Assembly: GCA_964598335.1 (NCBI GenBank)
Contig: CAZRBL010000008.1
Location: 3,343 to 67,342 of the forward strand
Length of the DNA stretch: 64,000 nucleotides
Direction of reading: 5' to 3'
Source: an uncultured Rhodospirillales bacterium
GTDB taxonomy: Bacteria; Pseudomonadota; Alphaproteobacteria; CAZRBL01
Below, piece by piece: positions 41,719-51,316 of the stretch. Numbering within the stretch: the first letter of the stretch is position 1; every line of letters begins with the position of its first letter. Under the pieces are notes generated by a model. That model saw only the letters and a list, made by a program, of their open reading frames with translations, was not told the origin of the DNA and made no database searches. Position numbers and translations under genes: made by a program.

Positions 41719-42488
41719 GTTCGACCGGCGATCGCACTGTCACCCAGCGATGGGACCCGGAGGCCTATGCGGGCAAGGTGCGATTCATCTCGCGGCTCGG
41801 CGCGCCTTTGATCGACATGCTGCAGCCGCAGCCGGTCGAGAAGATTCTCGATCTCGGCTGCGGTGACGGTGATCTGACCGAGGTCCTGGCCGGGAGCGGA
41901 GCTGACGTGCTCGGCCTTGATTCGTCGGAGGCTTTCGTCGCCGCCGCCGAAAAGCGGGGGCTGAAAGCGATCGTGGCCGATGCACATCGGCTCGATTTCG
42001 ATGCGGAATTCGACGCGGTTCTGTCCAATGCGGCCTTGCATTGGATGCTCGATCCCGATGCGGTCATCGCCGGGGTCTTTCGGGCGCTCAAGCCCGGCGG
42101 GCGTTTCGTTGCAGAATGCGGCGGGCATACCAATGTCGCGGCGATCCGCGCCGGGCTCTATCCGCGCTTCGCCGCCCGGGGGCTCGATCCGGCGCAGTAC
42201 GATCCATGGTATTTTCCCAGCGCTGCTGAGTATCGCGAAAGGCTGCAACGGGCGAATTTTCACGTTGACAGCATTGAGCTGTTTCCAAGGCCGGTTCAGC
42301 TCGATCACGGCATCGAAGTCTGGGCGCGGAATTTCCTGCAAAGCTGGCTGGCGGTGATTCCGGATGCCGAACGAGACGCCTTCCTGCAGCAATGTATGCA
42401 GGGCTGGCGACCGATGCTGTGCGATGCCAAGGGCATCTGGACCGTTGATTATGTCCGGCTACGGTTCAAGGCTCGAAAGCCGCTCTAG
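41715..42488 (+). CDS. Class I SAM-dependent methyltransferase (Tam-like)
   Basis: ILDLGCGDG, SNAALHW and DYVRLRF. Confidence 0.9.
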   Translation: MSSTGDRTVTQRWDPEAYAGKVRFISRLGAPLIDMLQPQPVEKILDLGCGDGDLTEVLAGSGADVLGLDSSEAFVAAAEKRGLKAIVADAHRLDFDAEFDAVLSNAALHWMLDPDAVIAGVFRALKPGGRFVAECGGHTNVAAIRAGLYPRFAARGLDPAQYDPWYFPSAAEYRERLQRANFHVDSIELFPRPVQLDHGIEVWARNFLQSWLAVIPDAERDAFLQQCMQGWRPMLCDAKGIWTVDYVRLRFKARKPL

Positions 42489-43720
42489 CTTTCCGAAGCC
42501 GGGGTGACGTGAATGATTTCACCGTTCTGATAATCGGTCGCGAAAACGAAGCTGCCATCGGCGAGCACCTCAACGTCACGAACGCGGCCGAATTCGGTCA
42601 GCACGCGCTCTTCCTCGGTCGGAAGGAACCCGTTGAGCTCAAGGCGCACAATGCCCCGTGCGACGAGGCCGCCGATGAGCATGTCGCCGTCCCATTCGGG
42701 AAACTGATTGCCTTCATAGAAGGCAAAGTCACCCGGTGCGATCACCGGATCCCAGTAATAGAGCGGCTCTTCCATGCCGGCCATGCGCGGCTCGCCGGAG
42801 CCGATGCGCGGACCGTCATAGCGCACGCCATAGCTGACGATGGGCCAACCATAATTGCGGCCTGGCGTCGGCATGTTGAGCTCGTCGCCACCGGCAGGGC
42901 CGTGCTCGATGGTGTAGAGGAAACCGTCCCTCATGGCAGCGCCCTGCACGTTACGGTGGCCGTAGGACCAGATCGCGTCATCGGCATTCTCCACGCCGAC
43001 AAACGGGTTATCGTCCGGGATCGAGCCGTCAAGATTGACGCGGATGATCTTGCCGTAGGTCGTTTCCAGATGCTGCGAGAAGTCACGCTCCGTCAGCGAG
43101 GAGTGCTCGCCGGTGGTGATGAAGGCGTGTCCCTCATCATCGAACACGATGCGACTGCCATAGTGCATCGGGGTCGGCGAAGGCGGATGCTGCGCCCAGA
43201 TCTCTTCCACCTCGGTCAGTTCGGTTGCATCGGCAGACAGGCGTCCGCGCACAACGGCGGTGACGGACATGTCGTTTTCAACCGGTTTGGAGAAGGTGAG
43301 ATAGATCCAGCGCTCGTCTTCGAAGTCAGGTCCTGCCTTGACATCGAGCAGACCGGCCTGCGTCGCACCGCCGTCCGGGATAGGCTCATTGTAGACGTCC
43401 GGAACACCGGCAATCGGATCGGAAACCGTGCCGTCCATGGACACATGGCACAGATTGCCGGAGCGCTCGGTGACGAGCATGCCGCCATCGGGAAGCGCTT
43501 CAATGGCCCAAGGATGGACCAGCCCTTCGGCGATGGTCCGCGTTTGAAACTGGTAGCCTGTCGAAACCAGCGGCGCGCGCGACTGTGCGTCATAGGCCGG
43601 CTGGTATTGCGGGGCGTTTTGCGGGCCCCACCGGTGAGAATCCTGCGCCGCGGCAGGCGCGGTCACAAAGGCTGCGCCGGCGAGCAGGGATAGGATCAAA
43701 CGACTGGAAGTGTAAATCAT
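42485..43720 (-). CDS. PQQ-dependent aldose sugar dehydrogenase (YliI/GSDH family)
   Basis: GLVHPW, HYGSRI, SYGHRNVQG, EHGPAGGDELN, NYGWP and RVRDV. Confidence 0.92.
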   Translation of the reverse strand: MIYTSSRLILSLLAGAAFVTAPAAAQDSHRWGPQNAPQYQPAYDAQSRAPLVSTGYQFQTRTIAEGLVHPWAIEALPDGGMLVTERSGNLCHVSMDGTVSDPIAGVPDVYNEPIPDGGATQAGLLDVKAGPDFEDERWIYLTFSKPVENDMSVTAVVRGRLSADATELTEVEEIWAQHPPSPTPMHYGSRIVFDDEGHAFITTGEHSSLTERDFSQHLETTYGKIIRVNLDGSIPDDNPFVGVENADDAIWSYGHRNVQGAAMRDGFLYTIEHGPAGGDELNMPTPGRNYGWPIVSYGVRYDGPRIGSGEPRMAGMEEPLYYWDPVIAPGDFAFYEGNQFPEWDGDMLIGGLVARGIVRLELNGFLPTEEERVLTEFGRVRDVEVLADGSFVFATDYQNGEIIHVTPASES

Positions 43721-43744
43721 GGGGCCTCTTTTGCTTTATCCGAC

Positions 43745-43770
43745 AACGCATGACCCCCAGCGGATGTTCC
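43745..43770 (-). promoter_or_regulatory. EcfG/SigT general-stress sigma promoter
   Basis: Exact GGAAC-N17-CGTT ending 25 nt upstream of the dehydrogenase start. Confidence 0.75.
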
Positions 43771-44340
43771 AGAGACACTGCACAAGCCGCCGCAGCCCCG
43801 GGCGCGATGGTGCTGAGGCGATGGGGCTGAGGGGGTTAGCCCGTTTCAGCCAGTGGTGTTCTGGCGTTCGCGAGGCGAACGGGGCCTCCCGTTTCTGCTC
43901 TGGTCATCCGGCAGTGACGCTGCACGATTTGACGAAGGCTAGGCGATGACGGGGAAGCGCTGCCTCCGGATGCCATGTCCCGGCGCCATATGCTCGCCGG
44001 GGATATCGACGCGGCCAAGCGGTTCAGCCATTTCCGGCGGCCCGCGGGTCGGTGTGCCCGGCTGCCGGCAGGTATCGGGTCCGGCGATGAACGGGTCGGT
44101 CTGTTTGGAGTGTGTGCGCAACAGGCACGGCGACTCCTTGGTCCATGCGCTGATGCGGGCAAGCGCGGTGCGGATCAGCCGATCGGCCGACACTTTCGCC
44201 GTGGAGCAAGAGATGCGAAGGGATGTCGCGCGCATGGTGGCGATGGCATGATCCGAGCCGGTGGACTAAACTTATCTGATAAAGATTCTCTGCGCGCGAT
44301 TCCGCCGCGTCGCCGATGCATTTCCAATGAGGCTTAGACA

Positions 44341-45201
44341 ATGAACGAAACCGCCCCTCTCCTGGCCGGCAAGCGCGGCCTGATTATGGGCGTCGCCAAT
44401 GATCGTTCCATCGCCTGGGGAATCGCCAAAGCCTGCGCCGCTCAGGGCGCCCAGCTGGCGTTTACCTTTCAGGGCGAAGCGCTGGAAAAACGCGTCAGGC
44501 CGCTCGCCGAGAGCATCGGCAGCGATCTGGTCATGCCCTGTGACGTTGCCGAAGATACCAGCCTCGATAAGGCTTTCGAAGCGCTCGAGGCGGAATGGGG
44601 CAGGCTGGATTTCCTGGTCCACGCCATCGCCTTTTCCGACAAATCCGAACTGACCGGTGCTTATCTCGATACCAGCCGCGATAACTTTGCCCGGACGATG
44701 GATATCTCGGCCTATTCCTTCACCGCCGCGGCGCAGCGGGCGGTGCGTCTGATGCCGGCTTTCGACCCGGAAACCGGGGAAGGCGGCGGCAGCCTGTTGA
44801 CGCTAAGCTATTACGGTGCCGAGCGGGTGATGCCGCATTACAATGTGATGGGCGTGGCCAAGGCGGCATTGGAAGCCAGCGTCCGGTATTTAGCCGTGGA
44901 TCTGGGCGGGCGGCAAATCCGCGTCAATGCTATCTCCGCCGGTCCGATCAAGACGCTGGCCGCCAGCGGCATCGGTGATTTCCGCTATATCCTGAAATGG
45001 AATCAGCTCAACGCCCCGCTGCAGCGCAATGTCACGCTCGACGATGTCGGCAAGGCGGGCCTGTTCCTGCTGTCCGATCTGGGCAGCGGTGTTACCGGGG
45101 AAGTGATGCATGTCGATGCCGGCTATCACAGTGTCGGCATGGTCTCGGTCGAAAACGCCGGTGCGACTGCGGAGCTGTTGAGCGGCCTGAAAAGCGGATA
45201 A
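44341..45201 (+). CDS. fabI: Enoyl-ACP reductase
   Basis: GVANDRSIAWGIA, YNVMGVAKAALE and AGPIKTLA. Confidence 0.96.
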   Translation: MNETAPLLAGKRGLIMGVANDRSIAWGIAKACAAQGAQLAFTFQGEALEKRVRPLAESIGSDLVMPCDVAEDTSLDKAFEALEAEWGRLDFLVHAIAFSDKSELTGAYLDTSRDNFARTMDISAYSFTAAAQRAVRLMPAFDPETGEGGGSLLTLSYYGAERVMPHYNVMGVAKAALEASVRYLAVDLGGRQIRVNAISAGPIKTLAASGIGDFRYILKWNQLNAPLQRNVTLDDVGKAGLFLLSDLGSGVTGEVMHVDAGYHSVGMVSVENAGATAELLSGLKSG

Positions 45202-45210
45202 TCGGCGGCG

Positions 45211-45696
45211 ATGGCTGCCTCGTGGCACAAGGAGAAGATCGGCGTTGGGTCTGTGACCTATCTCGGTTCGGCCGACCCAGGCCTGTTCCGCTTACAGCTC
45301 GATCAAATTGACAGGAATTCACGCCGCTATGACGTGACGACCTACCTTGCGATGCCGCGCGTTTCCGATGCGGAACGACGGATCGCCGAACAGTATGAGC
45401 GCGTCACCGTCGTTGACACCGGACGGCCGGAGCTGAAGCCCAATCAAGAGCATGCGTTTCATCTTGGCGCCATGTCACGGTCGCCGCGTTTTCGCACCGA
45501 CATATGGTCATATCCGCTTCAGAGTCGTATCTGGCAGGCAACAAAGCAGACCCGGCTGTGGCGCATCGCGCAATTGATGGCCGCTTCCATGGCCGGCAAG
45601 AATGACATGATAAGACGGAAAATCGTGAGCCGCTTATTGTCAGAGCCACAGGCTTTGTTGGATGAGCTCAGGGGCACATCAACCGCAACCGGCTAG
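45211..45696 (+). CDS. Hypothetical protein
   Basis: 161-aa ORF tightly filling the fabI-aroC gap (9 and 10 nt spacers); no motif recognised. Confidence 0.55.
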   Translation: MAASWHKEKIGVGSVTYLGSADPGLFRLQLDQIDRNSRRYDVTTYLAMPRVSDAERRIAEQYERVTVVDTGRPELKPNQEHAFHLGAMSRSPRFRTDIWSYPLQSRIWQATKQTRLWRIAQLMAASMAGKNDMIRRKIVSRLLSEPQALLDELRGTSTATG

Positions 45697-45706
45697 AGGG
45701 TAACGC

Positions 45707-46792
45707 ATGCCCGGCAACACATTCGGCAGTGCCTTCCGCTTCACCACCTGGGGCGAAAGCCATGGGCCTGAGATCGGCTGCGTCATTGATGGCGTGCCGC
45801 CGCGTCTGCCGCTGGCTGAGGCTGACATCCAGCACTGGATGGACCGGCGGAAACCCGGCGGCAGTCGTTTTGTCACGCAGCGCAAGGAACCCGATCAGGT
45901 TCAAATCGTCTCGGGCGTGTTTGAAGGGCTGACCACGGGCACGCCGATCGGGCTGATCGTTGAAAATCAGGATGCGCGGTCGAAAGACTATTCCGACATC
46001 AAGGACAAATTTCGGCCCGGCCATGCGGATTTCACCTATCAGGCGAAATACGGCATTCGCGATTACCGGGGCGGTGGTCGTTCCAGCGCGCGCGAAACGG
46101 CGATGCGCGTCGCGGCTGGGGCGGTGGCGCGGGCGGTGCTGGCAGGGGTTCTCGAAAAGGCGCCGATCATCCGCGGTGCGGTGGTTCAGATCGGCGATCT
46201 TGCGGTTGATCGGGCCCGCTGGGACTGGGCGGAGATCGAGCGCAATCCATTCTGGGGCCCGGATGCGGAGACGGCGGTTAAATGGGAGGCGCTGCTCGAC
46301 GATCACCGAAAAGCGGGCAGCAGCCTTGGTGCCGTCATCGAGATCGTGGCGGAAAATATCCCTGCCGGGCTCGGCGAGCCGGTCTATGACAAGCTCGATG
46401 CCGACCTTGCCAAGGCGATGATGAGCATCAATGCGGTGAAGGGCGTCGAAATCGGCGAGGGCATGGCGGCGGCGGCGCTCAGCGGTATCGACAATGCCGA
46501 CGAAATGCGCGCCGATGACGATGGCGCGGCCCGCTTCACCTCAAATCATGCGGGCGGCATTCTCGGTGGTATTTCAACCGGCCAGCCAATTATCGCGCGC
46601 TTTGCGGTCAAGCCGACCAGCTCGATTCTGACGCCGCGCCGGACAGTGACCAAGGACGGCCAGGAAACCGAAATCGTGACGAAGGGACGCCACGATCCTT
46701 GCGTCGGTATCCGCGCGGTCCCGGTCGGCGAGGCAATGATGGCGATCGTTCTGGCCGACCATCTGCTGCGCCATCGAGGGCAGGTCGGCTGA
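45707..46792 (+). CDS. aroC: Chorismate synthase
   Basis: GESHG, RPGHAD, RSSARET and RHDPCV. Confidence 0.98.
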   Translation: MPGNTFGSAFRFTTWGESHGPEIGCVIDGVPPRLPLAEADIQHWMDRRKPGGSRFVTQRKEPDQVQIVSGVFEGLTTGTPIGLIVENQDARSKDYSDIKDKFRPGHADFTYQAKYGIRDYRGGGRSSARETAMRVAAGAVARAVLAGVLEKAPIIRGAVVQIGDLAVDRARWDWAEIERNPFWGPDAETAVKWEALLDDHRKAGSSLGAVIEIVAENIPAGLGEPVYDKLDADLAKAMMSINAVKGVEIGEGMAAAALSGIDNADEMRADDDGAARFTSNHAGGILGGISTGQPIIARFAVKPTSSILTPRRTVTKDGQETEIVTKGRHDPCVGIRAVPVGEAMMAIVLADHLLRHRGQVG

Positions 46793-46869
46793 CAGCGCCG
46801 GAGACGTCCGACGCGACCAGAGCTTTTTCGTTCGCTATTGGTCCCGGTCCGGAATGATCCGACAATGCT

Positions 46870-47712
46870 CTAGGAGGCCTTAAACCGCGCTCGGCGCTTG
46901 GCTTTGAAGGCACTGACACCTTCGGCAAAGTCGGCGCTGTTGAGCGCCTCAAGATTCTGACGCTCGCTCTCCGACTCCAGCGATGGGTCGCTTTTCGCCG
47001 CCAGATCGATCAGCGCCTTGGCGGTGCGCACCGAAATCTGGGAATTACCCGCAACGCCCTCGGCATATTTCTTGACTTCGGCCATAAGCGCGCCCGGATC
47101 GCATACCCGATTGACCAGACCCATTTTCTCAGCCTCGCCCGCCTTGATCGGACGGGCGCTGAACAACAGATCCTTGGCCCGCGACGGCCCCAGGGTGCGA
47201 ACCAGACGGCGGGCATCCCCGGCATCGAGGCCAACGCCGAGCAAGGCCGGGGTCATTGCAAAACGCGCCGTATTGTCGGCGAAGCGGAGATCGCAGGCGA
47301 GCGCCAGCGAACAGCCTCCACCGAGGCAGGCGCCCTGGATCATCGCGATGACCGGCTTGGTGCTGTTCTCGACGGCTGATAGCGTTTCGGCGATCTCGGT
47401 CTGATAGGCGGCGCCGGTCGCGGCATCGCCATAGACGTCGTCGAATTCATCGATATCCGCGCCGGCGGCGAAGGCGGCGTTATCGACCCCGCGCAGAATG
47501 ATCAGCTTCACCGTTGCATCTGCATTGGCCTGGGCGATAAAACCGGCGATCGCCTGCCACATCGGACGGTTCAGCGCGTTGCGTTTGTCCGGGCGGTTGA
47601 GCACGATATGCGCCATCGGTGCGTCAATCTTCAGATCGACGCCCGGTCCCTGCGGTCCCTCTTGTGGCGGCGTTTGTGCTGTGTCGCTAGCCTGTGTCGC
47701 AGGTTCGGTCAT
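46870..47712 (-). CDS. Enoyl-CoA hydratase/isomerase family protein
   Basis: LNRPDKRNAL, FAAGADI and GGGCSLALACD. Start uncertain. Confidence 0.88.
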   Translation of the reverse strand: MTEPATQASDTAQTPPQEGPQGPGVDLKIDAPMAHIVLNRPDKRNALNRPMWQAIAGFIAQANADATVKLIILRGVDNAAFAAGADIDEFDDVYGDAATGAAYQTEIAETLSAVENSTKPVIAMIQGACLGGGCSLALACDLRFADNTARFAMTPALLGVGLDAGDARRLVRTLGPSRAKDLLFSARPIKAGEAEKMGLVNRVCDPGALMAEVKKYAEGVAGNSQISVRTAKALIDLAAKSDPSLESESERQNLEALNSADFAEGVSAFKAKRRARFKAS

Positions 47713-47953
47713 CGCTATCGTCTCTCGATGCTTGCTGTGATCTTCGGTGAATGGTGAAAAGCGGAACCCTTGCCGCATCCCGTTGATGCGCTGCACCGCC
47801 ACATCCCAGCAGATAGGCATTTGCGGCATTTTCGACAATCGGCTGTTGCGTCGAAATTTAAATCATTAAATATATGAAGCAGTAGCGACGCATGGATGAT
47901 TGTTCGGGTGATCGGTGCGGCGCGCGTCAGTCGACAGCAAATGAGGAAGCGAT

Positions 47954-48433
47954 ATGAGCGGTTTCGATTTCGATATCAGGCAGGAAATGCCGATGCTCGC
48001 CAAACATGAGGGCGAGTGGAAAGGCGAGTACATACTCGTCGATGACAAGGGCAATGTGATCGACCGCCATGCCAGCCATCTGACCTGTACCTTCCCCGAA
48101 GAAGGCCCGAATCCCTATCTGCAGATCAATCATTACACCTGGGCCGACGGCAAGGACGAGAAGATCTTTTTCCCCGCCGATTACGACCCTGCCAGGCCGG
48201 GGAAAATCTGGTTTGATAATGAGCGGATCAAAGGCTGGGCGGGCCCGGTGCCGATGGATGATTACGGTCGCACCATGATGCTGAACTGGGTGCGTAAAGA
48301 CATGCCGGGATCCTACCTTTATGAAATGATCCAGCTGGATGACACCGAGACCAAGCGGGCGCGGGTCTGGCAATGGTTCAAGGACGGCGAGTTGTTCCAA
48401 CGGACGATCATCAAGGAAACCAAGGTCGCCTGA
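47954..48433 (+). CDS. DUF3598-like beta-barrel (calycin-like) protein
   Basis: HEGEWKGEY...IDRHAS...RARVWQWF...TIIKE; GAGGA RBS. Confidence 0.7.
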   Translation: MSGFDFDIRQEMPMLAKHEGEWKGEYILVDDKGNVIDRHASHLTCTFPEEGPNPYLQINHYTWADGKDEKIFFPADYDPARPGKIWFDNERIKGWAGPVPMDDYGRTMMLNWVRKDMPGSYLYEMIQLDDTETKRARVWQWFKDGELFQRTIIKETKVA

Positions 48434-48580
48434 GCGGGCTTGGCATCGCGCGCCGGCGCTTGAGGCCCCCGGCCGCCGGTCAGGGGCTTTTTGCTGCCTC
48501 GGATGCTTGAACCGGTCGGCTCTGCCTCTGACCTTGTAGGGCGCCATGCATCCTCAAATCGAAAAAAGGGAACAAGCCTC

Positions 48581-49555
48581 ATGATGGGTTATCAGGTCGA
48601 GGAATTCGGCGGTCCTGAAGTGATGAAATGGACCGAGCTGCCGCAGCCTGAACCCGGGCCCGGCGAGTTGCGGGTCGCGGTCTATGCCAGCGGGATCAAT
48701 TTCGCGGAAACCCGAATGCGGGCCGGCACCTATATCGGCCAGCCGCTGCCCTTTGTCATGGGTATGGAATCGGCCGGGGTCGTCGAGGCGGTCGGCGAGG
48801 GCGTAACCGAATACAAGCCCGGCGACCGTGTCTTCGGCCGCGCGCGCGGAAGCCATGCCGAACAGGTGCTGTTCCATGTGGATCACACCATGAAACTGCC
48901 CGATAATATGAGCTTCGTCGAAGGTGCGGCTGTTCCGGTCGGCTGGCTCACCGCCTGGCATGCGCTCGATACCATCGGCGGTGCCAAAGAAGGTGACAAC
49001 ATACTGATCGAAGCCGTTGCCAGCAGCGTCGGCAGCGCGGCCCTGCAAATCGCCAAACAGCGCGGTTGCTGGGTTGCCGGCACAGCCAGCCGCGATGCCA
49101 AGCTGCAGCATGCCAGGGAATGGGGCGCCGATGCGGTCTACAACTACAAGGAAGGGCCCTTCATCGAAAAGGTGAAGGCCGATACCGGCGGCAAGGGCAT
49201 CGATATCGGCATGATGACGATCGGCGAGGAAACGGCCGATCAGCTGATCGGGAGCATGGGCTATGAAGGCCGCGTCCTGATGTATGGCAGCACCGGCGGT
49301 CGTCAGGTCTGTTTCAGCCTCAATATCGGCGAGTTGAACCTGCAATTGCTCGGCATGAGCATCTCGACCAGCGTCCGTTATATCCCCGAAACGCTTCCCA
49401 GCTTCAGGGAAAAGGCGCTGCCGCTCTTCGCCGACGGCAGCTTCAAGGCGGTGGTCGATACGGTCCTTCCAATCACCGAATTGGTCAAGGCCCACCAGAT
49501 GGTCGACGACCGTAACCATTTCGGCAAGGTCATCCTGCAAGTGCGGGAGGAATAG
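48581..49555 (+). CDS. NADPH:quinone oxidoreductase (MDR family)
   Basis: FGGPEV, GINFAE, GMESAGVV, ASSVGSAA and HFGKVIL. Confidence 0.9.
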   Translation: MMGYQVEEFGGPEVMKWTELPQPEPGPGELRVAVYASGINFAETRMRAGTYIGQPLPFVMGMESAGVVEAVGEGVTEYKPGDRVFGRARGSHAEQVLFHVDHTMKLPDNMSFVEGAAVPVGWLTAWHALDTIGGAKEGDNILIEAVASSVGSAALQIAKQRGCWVAGTASRDAKLQHAREWGADAVYNYKEGPFIEKVKADTGGKGIDIGMMTIGEETADQLIGSMGYEGRVLMYGSTGGRQVCFSLNIGELNLQLLGMSISTSVRYIPETLPSFREKALPLFADGSFKAVVDTVLPITELVKAHQMVDDRNHFGKVILQVREE

Positions 49556-49635
49556 GCCGTCATTGCGAGGTGCCGCCCGCGAGGCGGCACTTCAGCAATG
49601 GGGCAGCCGGCTAGGGCATTTTCCGACCATTCCGG

Positions 49636-49711
49636 TCCACCCCTGCACCCCCGCCCCGCCTCCCCTGCAAGTATCCTGTCCGGGGAGGCGGGGCGGGGGT
49701 GCAGGGGTGGA
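49636..49711. repeat. Perfect 30-bp inverted repeat with 16-nt loop
   Basis: TCCACCCCTGCACCCCCGCCCCGCCTCCCC (49636-65) and its exact reverse complement (49682-711). Confidence 0.9.
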
Positions 49712-49806
49712 GCGGATCAAAAACAAACGAAAGCGCTCTAGCGCAAGATTTCCCGATCAGCGCGCCGTCTGATGCGGGGGCGCAGCGACGGCGCGCTGCG
49801 ACGAGA

Positions 49807-50259
49807 CTATTGCTGACCGCGACGGCCGAAACCGAAGCCGCCTTCGCCATGCCGTCCTCGACGCTCTTCCATGCGCTCGGCGACTTGCTGGCGATATTCG
49901 TCTTTTTCCGCCTCCGACAAGGTGTTCCAAACCTTTTCCGCTTCTTCCGCGATTGCGGCACGGCGCTCCTGCCTTTGCGTCATCATCGCCTCTCGCTCCT
50001 GCTCGGTCAGGCTGTCGATATAAGCCATGCGTTTGGCCGCGCCTTCCTGCATTGCCGCGCGCAACTCCGACCGCTCTTCATCGGTCAGGTTTTGCAGAAA
50101 CTCACGCCAATTGCCGATTGCATCGCGGCGCTCGGACGGGGTCATCTCCTGCAACTCGGTGATGCTCGGGCGCTGTGCCTCGCTCTCCTGCCCGGCAGCG
50201 GCCAAGGGCAAGCCGGCGACGATCAGGCCGGCGATCAGGGTTTGGTGAAGGGATTTCAT
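49807..50259 (-). CDS. Exported helical-repeat protein (Spy/CpxP- or DUF3106-like)
   Basis: Signal peptide; repeats MTPSERR / LTDEERS / LTEQERE / LSEAEKD. Confidence 0.7.
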   Translation of the reverse strand: MKSLHQTLIAGLIVAGLPLAAAGQESEAQRPSITELQEMTPSERRDAIGNWREFLQNLTDEERSELRAAMQEGAAKRMAYIDSLTEQEREAMMTQRQERRAAIAEEAEKVWNTLSEAEKDEYRQQVAERMEERRGRHGEGGFGFGRRGQQ

Positions 50260-50312
50260 GGTGCTCGCTTCCTTGTTGGCGGTGGTTCCCGAAAGCTTAT
50301 ACGGCGGAGCGC

Positions 50313-51245
50313 TCAAGACCCTGCGAGGGAGTCGATATGCGATGCGACACTCTCCTGCAGGCCGGTAAGGTCATAGCCGCCCTCAAGCGCTGACACGACA
50401 CGACCGTCACAGACATTATCGGCGAGCGCGCACAGCAGAGCGGTAATCCAGCCGAAATCCTCCGCTTCGAGAGCGAGACCGCCCAACGGATCGGCGCGAT
50501 GTGCGTCGAAACCGGCCGAGATCATCAGTATTTCGGGCTCGAACCGTTCCAGCTCCGGAATGATCTCACGCTCGAAAATCGGCCTGATTTGTGCACCGCC
50601 GGCACCGCGGGGCAACGCATAATTGCGCAGATTGTCATGATGCCCGCGGTCATCGGGATGGCCGGTTCCCGGATAATTGCCCCATTCATGGCTCGACAGG
50701 AAAAGAATGCGCGGATCCTGCCGCGCCACCGCCTCGGTGCCGTTGCCGTGATGCACGTCGAAATCGACAATGGCGACGCGTTCGAGGCCTTTCTCATCGA
50801 GCGCGTGTTTGGCGCCGATCGCGATAGTTGAATAGAGGCAAAAGCCCATGGCCCGGCTCGGCTCGGCATGATGCCCGGGCGGGCGGACAGCGCAGAAGAC
50901 CCGCGCCGCCTGATCGCTGAGAACGGCATCGACGGCGCCGCAGACCGCGCCGACGGCCAAGCGCGCCGCCAGCTCGGACCCCGGCGAGACAGGCGTGTCG
51001 GGATCGAGGAAGGTCAGCCCGCTATCCGGCACCGAACCTGCGATCAGATCGATATGCTCTTGCGGATGAACCCGCCGCAGGGAGGCATCACCTGCCGCTG
51101 TTGCAGCGCGTGTCGGCATGCCCGATTTTGCAATAACGTGATCGAGGACACGCAGCCGGTCGGGTCGTTCCGGATGTCCCGGGCCGGTATCATGATCCAA
51201 AAACCGTGGATCGTGGTAAACTATGGTATACTCGCGTGAATCCAT
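50313..51245 (-). CDS. Histone deacetylase family protein
   Basis: HPERPDR, RPPGHHA, GFC, DFDVHHGNGT, SAGFD and LEGGY. Confidence 0.95.
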   Translation of the reverse strand: MDSREYTIVYHDPRFLDHDTGPGHPERPDRLRVLDHVIAKSGMPTRAATAAGDASLRRVHPQEHIDLIAGSVPDSGLTFLDPDTPVSPGSELAARLAVGAVCGAVDAVLSDQAARVFCAVRPPGHHAEPSRAMGFCLYSTIAIGAKHALDEKGLERVAIVDFDVHHGNGTEAVARQDPRILFLSSHEWGNYPGTGHPDDRGHHDNLRNYALPRGAGGAQIRPIFEREIIPELERFEPEILMISAGFDAHRADPLGGLALEAEDFGWITALLCALADNVCDGRVVSALEGGYDLTGLQESVASHIDSLAGS

Positions 51246-51316
51246 GATCGTCAGGCGCCGTCAGATTGCGTTTGTGCCGGATTGGCTCAGGTAATGCACG
51301 AAACGTAACAGACTTT

